From NCBI GenBank assembly GCA_964510585.1, contig CAZECW010000187.1, forward strand, positions 31,912 through 95,911: a stretch of DNA of 64,000 nucleotides. The letters are read 5' to 3'. The number at the start of each line of letters is the position of its first letter. Positions within the stretch are counted from its first letter, which is position 1. The DNA is from an uncultured archaeon (GTDB taxonomy: Archaea > Asgardarchaeota > Jordiarchaeia > Jordiarchaeales > Jordiarchaeaceae). Under the pieces are notes generated by a model, which ran no database searches, was not told the DNA's origin, and was given only the letters and a program-made list of their open reading frames with translations. The translations under genes were made by a program, and so were the position numbers. This document shows positions 29,394 to 38,522 of the stretch, piece after piece.

Positions 29394-29801
29394 TTAACTC
29401 TCCATTATGGGCATGAAAACCGCTTTCACCTGCTGGATTCCTCTGATTCCCCTCACTCTGCCCATTAAATCTAGAAGTCTCTTAGAATCGCCTTCGGCAA
29501 TGAGAATCTCCAAACAATATTGATCCTTTATATGTCTATGTATGTTCTCAATTATGATGTCGTCAAACTCGTGGCGAATCTCTGAGATTCTGTTCTCCAC
29601 ATCTTTCCTCTTATACTCACTAGTGATCATTATGGTGGCCGCGGATTTTTCCTCCCCCAACTTATTAATCTCTGACTCCGCTATTAGATTGCGAATGGCG
29701 TCTCTGAAAGCTTCGGATCTGCTGTAGTATCCTCTGTTCTCCATGAATTTCTCAAACTGTGACAATAACTCTTCAGGCAGGGTTATGCTAACTACAGTCA
29801 T
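29394..29801 (-). CDS. nikR: nickel-responsive regulator NikR
   Basis: An RHH N-terminus 'VSITLPEELL..FE......GYYSRSEAFRDAIR' is followed by a C-terminal ACT-like metal-binding domain. Confidence 0.8.
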   Translation of the reverse strand: MTVVSITLPEELLSQFEKFMENRGYYSRSEAFRDAIRNLIAESEINKLGEEKSAATIMITSEYKRKDVENRISEIRHEFDDIIIENIHRHIKDQYCLEILIAEGDSKRLLDLMGRVRGIRGIQQVKAVFMPIMES

Positions 29802-29920
29802 TCAAAACCACCAATAATATTAACTAATTACATTAAAATTAATATCTTATTAATATTTTTCCATTATTTTTTGGCATTAAGTTAATATAATTGTTGTTTA
29901 TTGGTTTTTTGGGAATCTTC

Positions 29921-32002
29921 ATGGAAAAAAGACGAGACCAAGGAACAGAGTGCCACGAGGTCTGCGAACTAGAAGGAGTGCATTGCGCTGATTGCGCGGA
30001 GAGAATTGAGAGGGTGCTCTCCACTTTAGAGGGGGTTACCCGTTCAGAGGTTAATTTTGCTGCAAAAACCCTTACAATCGATTATGATAAGGAAAAGGTT
30101 AGCATCGACGAAATTAAGGAAACAGCCAGAAAAATAGGCTACAATCTTAGGCTCCACGAAAAACCCAATTTGGAAACTAAAAAGTATATTCTGGATATTC
30201 TCCGGATCGGCTTCATCGGCTTCCTAATGTTTGTTAGCTGGGCAAACTTGCTTCCCTCATATATGGGTTATGACGCGTCACTAGTCGCAGTTGCTGTAGG
30301 TGCTTATCCCATACTGAAGGATGCCTTCTTTTCCCTAAGAGCTAGGAAGATTGAGGTCTCTGTTTTTATAAGCATCGCCCTCATTGCCACAGTTATTCTG
30401 GGAGAGTTTCTGTCAGCAGCTGCAATAACATTTTTTGTCCTAACAGCTTGGTTTGTTGAAGAGTTTACTGTGGATAAGAGTCGAAGAGCTATACAGGAAA
30501 TTGTTGAGATAGCCCCCAAGAATGCACTCGTAATGAGAGACGGTAAGGAGTCACTGTTACCCATTGAGGAGATAAAAACCAGTGACATAGTGATAGTCAA
30601 ATCTGGAGAAAAAATCCCAGTAGATGGCAGAATAATCTCTGGGCAGGCTCTAGTTAATCAAGCAGCAATTACTGGAGAATCCCTATCTGTGGAAAAGGGC
30701 TTGGGAGACCCTGTTTTTGCGGGAACCATAAGTGAGGTGGGCGTAATTCAAATAAGAGTTGAAAGAACTGGTGGCGACACCACAATAGGAAGAATCATTA
30801 GAATGGTGGAGGAGGCTCAAGAGGGCAAAGCTGCCATACAAAAAGTAGCCGATAGATTCACCACATACTTTACACCACTGGTTCTAGCCATATCATTCCT
30901 CACATTCCTACTAACTAACAGTATTATAACTGCAGTTACAGTATTGGTTGTCGCTTGTCCCTGTGCTGTAGCTTTAGCCACACCCCTTGCTGTGGTAGCC
31001 ACAATTGGAAAATCTTCCAAGAGGGGAGCTTTGATTAAAGGGGGAAACTATCTTGAAGCATTGGGAAGGGTGAACATTATTGCCATGGATAAAACTGGAA
31101 CCCTAACTATGAACAAGCCCCAAGTAATAGATGTAAAGGGATTTGACGGTCACAGTGAAGAAGAAATAGTTCAGCTGGCAGCAATAGCCGAAAAACGCTC
31201 AGAACACCCCCTGGCCATCGCAATAATGAAGAGGGCTGAAAAGGAGGGAATAACTGTTCCAGCGCCTGAAGAGTCAGAAATCATACGGGGTAAAGGAATA
31301 ATTGTGAAAAGCAACGGCAGAAAAATTATACTGGGAAACATGGAACTTATGAGAAACAATAATGTCAAGATTCCCAGCAGTGTAAAGAGATATATCTGGG
31401 AGAGGGAAGAAGAGGGAAAGACCGCACTACTCATCTCCCATGACGGTCATGTTTGTGGAGTAATAACTGTGGCAGACGCGCCCCGATATAAGTCTAAGGA
31501 AACCATAGCTGAACTGAAAAAACTGGGTGTAAAAACAATGATGCTTACTGGTGACAGTGCCCGAACCGCCAGAGCCATAGCTAACCAGCTGGGCATAGAC
31601 GAAGTAATAGCGGAAATGTTGCCTGAAGAAAAGGCCAACAAAATAAAAGAACTAGAAGACTCTGGAAAGAGGGTGGCTATGGTGGGCGACGGAATAAATG
31701 ATGCGCCAGCCCTAGCCCAAGCCACAGTAGGAATAGCTATGGGAGCTGCGGGAACCGCCGCCGCCATGGAAGCGGCAAACATTGTACTTATGGCAGACGA
31801 TCTGGCAAAAATTCCCGAAATAATCCAGGCAGGCAAAAAAACCCTTAGAACAATAAAACAAAACATCACCATTGGAATAATATTCAACATTATTGGTGTA
31901 GGTTTGGCGGCATTCGGCTTTCTTACACCCTTCCTAGCGGCAGTAGCACACTTCCTACCCGACCTAGTTGTATCTCTAAACTCTTCCAAGCTGATTATTT
32001 AA
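29921..32002 (+). CDS. P1B-type heavy-metal-translocating ATPase
   Basis: The transmembrane 'CPC' motif, 'DKTGTLT', 'TGD' and 'GDGINDAPAL' are present. The N-terminal metal-binding segment 'CHEVCELEGVHCADCA' is atypical. The ATG at 29921 is preferred. Confidence 0.85.
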   Translation: MEKRRDQGTECHEVCELEGVHCADCAERIERVLSTLEGVTRSEVNFAAKTLTIDYDKEKVSIDEIKETARKIGYNLRLHEKPNLETKKYILDILRIGFIGFLMFVSWANLLPSYMGYDASLVAVAVGAYPILKDAFFSLRARKIEVSVFISIALIATVILGEFLSAAAITFFVLTAWFVEEFTVDKSRRAIQEIVEIAPKNALVMRDGKESLLPIEEIKTSDIVIVKSGEKIPVDGRIISGQALVNQAAITGESLSVEKGLGDPVFAGTISEVGVIQIRVERTGGDTTIGRIIRMVEEAQEGKAAIQKVADRFTTYFTPLVLAISFLTFLLTNSIITAVTVLVVACPCAVALATPLAVVATIGKSSKRGALIKGGNYLEALGRVNIIAMDKTGTLTMNKPQVIDVKGFDGHSEEEIVQLAAIAEKRSEHPLAIAIMKRAEKEGITVPAPEESEIIRGKGIIVKSNGRKIILGNMELMRNNNVKIPSSVKRYIWEREEEGKTALLISHDGHVCGVITVADAPRYKSKETIAELKKLGVKTMMLTGDSARTARAIANQLGIDEVIAEMLPEEKANKIKELEDSGKRVAMVGDGINDAPALAQATVGIAMGAAGTAAAMEAANIVLMADDLAKIPEIIQAGKKTLRTIKQNITIGIIFNIIGVGLAAFGFLTPFLAAVAHFLPDLVVSLNSSKLII

Positions 32003-32048
32003 AAAGAAAGAAAAGAGACACATTTTTGATATTTGAAATTTGGGATAG

Positions 32049-32672
32049 CTATCTTCCTTTTATCCCTAGGAGGATGGCTTGTATTCCACGAATTATGAAA
32101 CCTAAGGATAGGGAAAAGACCAGCAACAAGTAGCCCGCCGAGGGAATTATGAAGTAAAAGCCTATGGGCGGAATGTAGGTACCGTTAAGCACAAGTAAGA
32201 AGGGTGGCCAGTACCACAAGATGGTTCCTAATGTGGGGTTCAACAGGATAAAGAAAGATGCAGTGACAATCAAGATGCCAAAAAACAGTAGAAGAGCCCT
32301 ATAACCCGTGTCGAGATCCGAGTCAAATGCTCCTTGGATTATCCCGTTGAAACCGTTAAAAAGCAAACCCACACCCAGAAGTATGATCAAAATTGAGATG
32401 CCAATCAGGGGAAAAACTATCACTATAACTGCTATTACTAAAGATGTTATTCCTAGTACTAGCCATAAAACTCGCCACTCACTGGGAAGCTCCTTATCCT
32501 CCAATCCCACAGAAACTCCCACCAATCCTACGATTAAGAGCGAAAAGGCGAAAAGCAGAATCATGGTGAAAATTGCCACGGTGTAAAACAGCCAAACCGC
32601 AACTGCAAACGTGATAGCCATTAAACCCAGTATCGCCAACAGAGCTCGATACCAACTAGGTGCTTGACTCAA
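32049..32672 (-). CDS. integral membrane protein (DUF308/HdeD-like repeat pattern)
   Basis: Six predicted transmembrane helices with repeated G-rich spacing. The assignment is weak. Confidence 0.35.
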   Translation of the reverse strand: MSQAPSWYRALLAILGLMAITFAVAVWLFYTVAIFTMILLFAFSLLIVGLVGVSVGLEDKELPSEWRVLWLVLGITSLVIAVIVIVFPLIGISILIILLGVGLLFNGFNGIIQGAFDSDLDTGYRALLLFFGILIVTASFFILLNPTLGTILWYWPPFLLVLNGTYIPPIGFYFIIPSAGYLLLVFSLSLGFIIRGIQAILLGIKGR

Positions 32673-32923
32673 AACAAATTCTCCTCCAACTCTTTAAAAC
32701 AAAAATTCAGTCACACCGTTTAAGACTTACCTGTGAGCAAGTTTTCTAAAACATTCCTCCAACAGAATATACAATACTCCCCCTTTTTTAGGTGTTTTTC
32801 TCCCTTTGGGTGAGTTTGGCTCTTCAAGGTCTTTCCGATTCTAAGGCCCATAATGAATGGTAAGGCAAAAATGCTTTCCATATTCCCTACAGACTAAGTC
32901 ACACCTATTTTTCTCCACAAAAA

Positions 32924-32931
32924 ATTTATGT
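32924..32931 (+). promoter_or_regulatory. candidate archaeal TATA box (TTTATGTA) with upstream A-rich BRE-like tract for the tRNA gene
   Basis: The sequence CACAAAAAATTTATGTA lies about 40 bp upstream of the tRNA 5' end. Confidence 0.35.
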
Positions 32932-32971
32932 ACCCAAACGCTTAATTCTCTAACCGTCCAAAAAAATAACA

Positions 32972-33112
32972 GCGGGCTGCTAGCTCAGAAGAATGGATTC
33001 ATATTTATTCGTCTGAGCAATTAGGTAGAGCGCCAGGCTCTTAACTTGGTGGTCGCGGGAAACCATAAGAGGCGTACTCTGGTTCGCGAATTCGAATCCC
33101 GTGCAGCCCGCC
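32972..33112 (+). tRNA. tRNA-Lys (anticodon CUU) interrupted by two non-canonical introns (D-loop region and 53/54 T-arm)
   Basis: Manual fold: acceptor GGGCUGC/GCAGCCC; D-stem GCUC/GAGC; anticodon stem CCAGG/CUUGG with loop CUCUUAA; T-stem GCGGG/CCCGU; T-loop UUCGAAU. Inserts of about 33 nt and about 31 nt disrupt the D-loop and the T-stem/loop junction. Confidence 0.65.
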
Positions 33113-33170
33113 TAAACATTTAATTCCACCACATGTCTTTTTTTAAATTTCTCGAAGGAGATATGGTTTT

Positions 33171-34235
33171 TTGGCGGATCTAATTCCTTGTCTAGTAATC
33201 TCTAAAAAGAGGGCACAGGAGGCCAAAATTGTTCTCTCGGAGCTAGGTCTCCTTGACAATAGGATGCGTGTTTCAAGTGATTCCGGAAATATTTTTTGGC
33301 CTCTGGTTAGGGAGATTTCAGAGAGTGAGCGTTCCATTTTGGAAAGCAGGCTGGGTGTTTTTGAGTTGGCTTACACTGAGCCCAAGCTTAGGATGAAGCG
33401 GCCAAAGAGTATTCTGGAGGAGTTATACGAAAAACTTTCTCCCAGCCAGTTGGCTTCACTGCCCCACTCTTATGATGTGGTGGGCGACATTGCAGTGCTT
33501 GAGATTCCGCAGGAGCTTTCTGATAAAGGCTCCCTTATAGGTAATGCAGTTTTAAATGTGCACAAAAATGTGAGGGTGGTTTTGGCTAAGGCTGGGAGGG
33601 TAAATGGTGTAACCCGCGTTCGAAAGTTTATTCATCTTGCGGGAGAGAATAGGACAACTACGCTGCATAGGGAGAATGGCTGCGTTTTCCGGGTGGATTT
33701 ATCCTCGGCTTATTTTAGTCCACGCCTAGTGACTGAGCATGCCCGCGTAGCAAGACAGGTTTCTCCCGGCGAAGTGGTGGTGGATCTCTTTGCGGGTGTA
33801 GGTCCCTTCTCCATTCAAATCGCTAAAAGGGTGGATGCGCACGTGTATGCCATTGATATTAACGAGTCGGCAGTGGAATTGTTGAAGCAGAATATTCATT
33901 TGAATAAGGTTGAGGGTAGAGTTTTCCCAATCTTGGGCGACGCTCGAAAAGTGGTGGAAGAGAGGCTTTCTTCCAAAGCGGATCGGGTTATTATGAATCT
34001 CCCAGGCGAGGCTGAGAATTACATTGATGTTGCATGCCGGGCAATTAAGTCGGGGGGAGGAGTAATTCATTACTACCAGTTCTCTACATCCGAGTCTGCA
34101 GACGAGGTGATTGAATCCCTAACCAGAGGTGTTGAGGCAAGTTCCCGAAATGTGGTTAAAATTCTCGGCTTTAGGAAGGTGCGGCCAAGCGCACCACGAG
34201 AGTGGCAAGTAGTTGTGGATGCACAAATCAAATAA
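33171..34235 (+). CDS. trm5: tRNA (guanine37-N1)-methyltransferase, Trm5/Taw2 family
   Basis: 'VVDLFAGVGPFSIQIA' and 'NLPG' are Trm5/TYW2 class-I methyltransferase motifs. The fold resembles a PACE N-terminal domain. Confidence 0.75.
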   Translation: MADLIPCLVISKKRAQEAKIVLSELGLLDNRMRVSSDSGNIFWPLVREISESERSILESRLGVFELAYTEPKLRMKRPKSILEELYEKLSPSQLASLPHSYDVVGDIAVLEIPQELSDKGSLIGNAVLNVHKNVRVVLAKAGRVNGVTRVRKFIHLAGENRTTTLHRENGCVFRVDLSSAYFSPRLVTEHARVARQVSPGEVVVDLFAGVGPFSIQIAKRVDAHVYAIDINESAVELLKQNIHLNKVEGRVFPILGDARKVVEERLSSKADRVIMNLPGEAENYIDVACRAIKSGGGVIHYYQFSTSESADEVIESLTRGVEASSRNVVKILGFRKVRPSAPREWQVVVDAQIK

Positions 34236-34387
34236 CCTGTTTCCACATTGAATCACCCAGAAGCTCTCACGCTATACATATTGTGGAGGGCGGGCTTCCT
34301 CGTCTCAATTTTTGTTGGGATAATCCCGAACATGCTAGAATTGTAGACGAATTTTGGAGTTTTTTGTGGAAAACTAGTTGTATCCTT

Positions 34388-34822
34388 TTAGGGGGCTTCC
34401 GCGATTAGGGTTATTTCGACCTTGGTTTGGGGATCCTTCAATTTTTGGACTAGTTCTCTGTTTAGGTCTAGTGCTGCCTTGTTGGCTTTTATCATTATTG
34501 TTCTATCACTGTGGTAGGTGCTTTTTCTCGCCACTATGTCGTGGGGATGGGTGAAGGTTAGGTGGGGGCTCCCCTGGCCCTTAATGGTTTCTGTTTGGTT
34601 GTTGACTTTTAATATCATGGTGATGGTTGAATTTTCTTTTTTCGCCAATTCTTTAAACGATTCGCTGAGCTGTTTGGCTCCCTTATCTGCGCATACGGCT
34701 ACTATGCAGTCTCCCCTGATTGTTAAGTCTTCTCTGGTTGTTATTTCTAGGGTTGTTCTGTGTGTGGCGGAAATGTTTGGGTGGCCCCGTGCATGTATCG
34801 TTTCTTTTGCTTTTTTGGCCAA
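34388..34822 (-). CDS. DUF371-family protein
   Basis: 'ARGHPNISATH...ITT' is typical of archaeal DUF371. Confidence 0.45.
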   Translation of the reverse strand: MAKKAKETIHARGHPNISATHRTTLEITTREDLTIRGDCIVAVCADKGAKQLSESFKELAKKENSTITMILKVNNQTETIKGQGSPHLTFTHPHDIVARKSTYHSDRTIMIKANKAALDLNRELVQKLKDPQTKVEITLIAEAP

Positions 34823-34846
34823 GTCTTTTTACACCGATAATTATTT

Positions 34847-35646
34847 TTGTATGACGCGCAATTAAATGTTAAGAGAGGATGCAAAAAAGAGTTGCGTGAG
34901 TGGAGATTTTTGGCAAAAAAGGACCTATTGTTTGAAAAGAAAAGACTTCTGGAAGAGTTGAAACGCTCGGGGTTTGTTACTCGGGAAAACGTGATGCGTG
35001 CGTTCCTAGAGGTTCCCAGGGAAGAGTTTGTGCCCCAGAATCTCAGGGACAAGGCCTATGCTGATCATCCTCTTCCCATTCCTGGAGGTCAGACTATATC
35101 TGCGCCACACAAAGAGCACATATTATGCTTTTTGGGCGTGACATGGTTGTAATGATGTGTGACGTACTAGAATTGGAAGAGGGTATGAAGGTACTAGAGG
35201 TGGGCACGGGGTCCGGCTACCACGCAGCACTATGCGCCGAAATAGTGGCGCCCACCGGCTCTAACGCTAAAGGCCATGTTTACACTATTGAACGGATTCC
35301 AGAATTGGTAGAATTCGCCATAGATAATTTGAGGAGGGCGGGGTACCTTGACCGGGTAACCGTCATCACTGGGGATGGTTCGGAAGGATACAAGGAAATG
35401 GCTCCCTACGATGCTATACTCGTCACAGCCGCAGCTCCCAGAGTTCCCCAACCCCTAGTTGACCAACTAAAAATAGGGGGGAGAATGGCCATTCCCCTAG
35501 GAAGCCTCTTTATGTACCAGGAGCTGGTAGTAATTGAAAAAGTGGAGGAGGGCAAAACCAAAAAACAAAGATTCGGCTCAGTAGCCTTCGTCCCCCTACT
35601 GGGAAAATGGGGATTCAGCACGAATTCCAGCTCTTTATCTCTCTAA
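34847..35646 (+). pseudogene. pcm: protein-L-isoaspartate O-methyltransferase (PCMT), reading frame interrupted at a T5 run (two overlapping ORFs, 34847..35152 and 35125..35646)
   Basis: The upstream ORF ends '...GGQTISAPHKEHILCFLGVTWL*'. The downstream ORF in the +1 frame begins 'MLFGRDMVVMMCDVLELEEGMKVLEVGTGSGY' (PCMT motif I). One extra T in 35129-35133 would fuse them. Confidence 0.7.
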
Positions 35647-35661
35647 TTTTTGTGAATGTGG

Positions 35662-36696
35662 TTATGGTTTGAAGAACTGTTCAAGGCGGGATTGGGCCTT
35701 GACCTTTTCCTCTTCCCTTACGCGCTCCAGTGCCTTTTGCACCCTCTCTCTGGAGAAGTCATGTTCATCACAGAGTATGGAGTACACCTGATTTTTATCT
35801 ACGGGTTCCCACTTTATCTTGTAGTTGTCAGTTAACTGGGGCTTAAGGAATAACTTTTTAATTTCTTCCACTGGCGGAAAAATCTCCAGTTTTTCTTCCT
35901 CCACTACTTTTTCTATGCTTCCCTTCTCCTTTATCAGTTTTAGCGCAGTTTTCACACCTATCCCCTTAACTCCCTCATTATAGTCTGTGCCAAGCAAGAT
36001 TCCTATACCTATCAACTGCTCACACGTGATTCCAAGGCTCTCCAGATTCTCATCAAGCAATACAAGTTCCGGCTCCACCCTAACATAAACGTCTCTCTTG
36101 GGCAATTTCCTTCTTCCCGATATTGTGAGATTTCGCACCAAGCGGGGGGAACCATAAAGTAGGGAATCATAGTCCTGGCTGGCAACCCCCCAAGCATCTC
36201 CCCGACGCGCCATGTAGGACGCTTGAGCCTCTCCCTCCGAAGGAGCCTGTACGTAGGGTACACCCATAGCCTCCAATAGCCTTTTGCTCTCCTCAACCAT
36301 CTCGTCTGTCAACTTTGATGAGGCCTGAGCAAACTTCCTAGCCTCCTCCAAGTCCCCCTTCTCAAGAGCCTCCTCCCACCTCTTGGCCGCTTCCCTCCTA
36401 ATTTTTACTCTCTCCTCCACAGTTTCCAATTTTAGTTCTGGAGGTTCACCATCAAACACGTAAACCGGCTTAATCCCCGCCTCCAGCAAGTTGATCGTCC
36501 TATAAAAAATACCGCTCAAGTGAGAGGTAATGTTACCCCTACTATCCATAAGGCTGGTGCCATCAGGCTGCCTAATTATCGCCAGAAACTGGTAAAGAGC
36601 ATTCATAGCATCTATAGCAATCACACGGCCCGAAAGCTCCTTCAAATCTATCTGCCGAAAAGACAACAAGTCCCTAAGATTCACTCCCATAACCAA
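35662..36696 (-). CDS. fen1: flap endonuclease 1
   Basis: 'IAIDAMNALYQFL...VYVFDG.PP.LK' and the C-terminal PIP-like tail are present. The protein is collinear with archaeal FEN-1. Confidence 0.9.
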   Translation of the reverse strand: MVMGVNLRDLLSFRQIDLKELSGRVIAIDAMNALYQFLAIIRQPDGTSLMDSRGNITSHLSGIFYRTINLLEAGIKPVYVFDGEPPELKLETVEERVKIRREAAKRWEEALEKGDLEEARKFAQASSKLTDEMVEESKRLLEAMGVPYVQAPSEGEAQASYMARRGDAWGVASQDYDSLLYGSPRLVRNLTISGRRKLPKRDVYVRVEPELVLLDENLESLGITCEQLIGIGILLGTDYNEGVKGIGVKTALKLIKEKGSIEKVVEEEKLEIFPPVEEIKKLFLKPQLTDNYKIKWEPVDKNQVYSILCDEHDFSRERVQKALERVREEEKVKAQSRLEQFFKP

Positions 36697-36906
36697 ACAC
36701 CCAAACCCAATTCACCGTTCAAGAATAAACTTTTTGAAAAATAGTATTATAACCTATCTACTTATCCTTTTTTATCAGAAAACATCACACAAAAAACTTA
36801 TCCCAGCTAGTTCAATCAGATCGTCCCAAAAATATGGGAGGAGGAAGCCAAAACAATTTTTATGGGCGGAATACCCGCAACAAATCTATCCCCTAAACCA
36901 TTTATC

Positions 36907-37170
36907 TTAGTCCTCTCCAATTGCCAGAAACTCCTGTCCAGGCTTAATTAGCTCCACCCTTCTTCTGGTTTTCGTTATTCTAGAAACATGAATTATTCCC
37001 TCAATCTCAAGAGACATCAAAACATCATTAAGCTCGGTATCGGAAACCGGCATATTCTCCTTTTCCAAACTAGCCATCAGCTCATCATCCAAAATGATAC
37101 CCTGACGCTTATTCAAAATAGCAATAATCATATTCTTCAAAGGAATACTTTTCCACAGACCGTTGCCCAA
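36907..37170 (-). CDS. small hypothetical protein (87 aa)
   Basis: ORF only. It may be winged-helix-like. Confidence 0.3.
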   Translation of the reverse strand: MGNGLWKSIPLKNMIIAILNKRQGIILDDELMASLEKENMPVSDTELNDVLMSLEIEGIIHVSRITKTRRRVELIKPGQEFLAIGED

Positions 37171-37572
37171 AAGGAAGCCTCCTGAAAACCATCAACACAC
37201 TTTACAAGTAAAATACAAAAAATCCAATTTAAATAAAACACATACACAATTAAAACCTTTCTACAAGCAACGCAAAAAAACAAAGACTTACTCCACACCC
37301 CACAATAAAACTCTAAAAAACAAAAGACACTTCACATCTACACAGCCCCATTATCCCATCTCACCAGCAAAATCCTAAAGGACCAACACAAAAATTCCCA
37401 GCTAACCCCTACTGCACAATCCGAAATTAAGAATCCAAAAATCCAAACAAAACAAGTGCTTATCACAATAAAAATGGGCAGTAGCCAAAAATTAGGCATT
37501 TACAAAATATAATGTTCCACATCCCCCCTTCTTTCAAATAATTGAGGGAGAGATTTTGGGAGACCTACCGAA

Positions 37573-38382
37573 TCACTCCTCCACAATCGCCACGGGACGA
37601 CACCAACCAGCTGACGCCCCAGTAATCTTTATCGGAAAACAAGCCACCTTAAACCCAAACGGCCTAGGAATCTTATCCAAATTCGCAAGCTTCTCAATAT
37701 GACAATACTCCCTATCCCTACCCGCAAAATGCGCCTCCCATATAATGTTCCTATTCCTAGTTCTCTCAAACTCCTCCCTAATAGATACGAAGGGGCGGTC
37801 AAACCCCCAGGAATCAATACCCATTATTTTGACACCTTGGTCGCAGAGCCAAATTGTTGATTCTCTACCCATGCCGCAGCCTCGATTAAGGTATTCCGGG
37901 GTGCCCCAGTACTTGTCAACCCCGGTCATGATTAGTACAATGTCTAGAGGTTTGATCCTGTACTTAATCTTATTCAGGGCATTTTTAATGTCTTGAACGG
38001 TTATGACGGAGCCGTCAGGTTTGTGCCTCATATCCAACACTACACCATCGCTGAAACACCACTCCAAAGGAATCTCATCAATGGTTTTGGACTTTTTACC
38101 CTCAGACGTTGGGAAATAGTGCCACGGCGCGTCAAGGTGGGTACCCGTATGAGTCTGCAGCTTAATTGTATCATTAGCCCAACCCAAACCATCGGGCAAA
38201 TCCGAGTCCCCTGCACCAAAAACCAACTTCATCAGCTCCGCTCCCTTCTTATGATCCTCATGCGCGATCTCGGGCAAAACAAATTCACTTGGGACAGACT
38301 CAATGGGAACACTCAAATCAATAAATCTAAGCCTACCCATACCAAAACCTCCCAAAAACATACATAATACAAAGTTATACAA
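37573..38382 (-). CDS. cyclase-family protein (kynurenine-formamidase-like)
   Basis: 'HTGTHLDAPWHY' is the HxGTHxDxPxH cyclase-family signature. Confidence 0.7.
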   Translation of the reverse strand: MYNFVLCMFLGGFGMGRLRFIDLSVPIESVPSEFVLPEIAHEDHKKGAELMKLVFGAGDSDLPDGLGWANDTIKLQTHTGTHLDAPWHYFPTSEGKKSKTIDEIPLEWCFSDGVVLDMRHKPDGSVITVQDIKNALNKIKYRIKPLDIVLIMTGVDKYWGTPEYLNRGCGMGRESTIWLCDQGVKIMGIDSWGFDRPFVSIREEFERTRNRNIIWEAHFAGRDREYCHIEKLANLDKIPRPFGFKVACFPIKITGASAGWCRPVAIVEE

Positions 38383-38522
38383 GACGAAATATAAAAAAAT
38401 ATTCTTCTTCTAGCGTAACTTCTGCAAAATAAAAGTTTTGATAAAAAAATGGGGAACATTAATCCAAAACCAAACAAAAATTGGGAAGCAACCTATTATT
38501 AAAAACCGCCGAAAAGGAAGGG

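Noticed and set aside
31447-31989. A 180-aa minus-strand ORF inside the P-type ATPase gene
   Set aside because: It is antisense to the conserved DKTGTLT-TGD-GDGINDAPAL region, and its Ala/Ser-rich translation is a composition artefact.
37163-37378. A 71-aa ORF (MPKRKPPENHQHTLQVKYKK...) in the A/C-rich spacer
   Set aside because: It is an artefact of the mononucleotide-biased sequence: there is no G, so few stop codons arise. No coding signal is evident.
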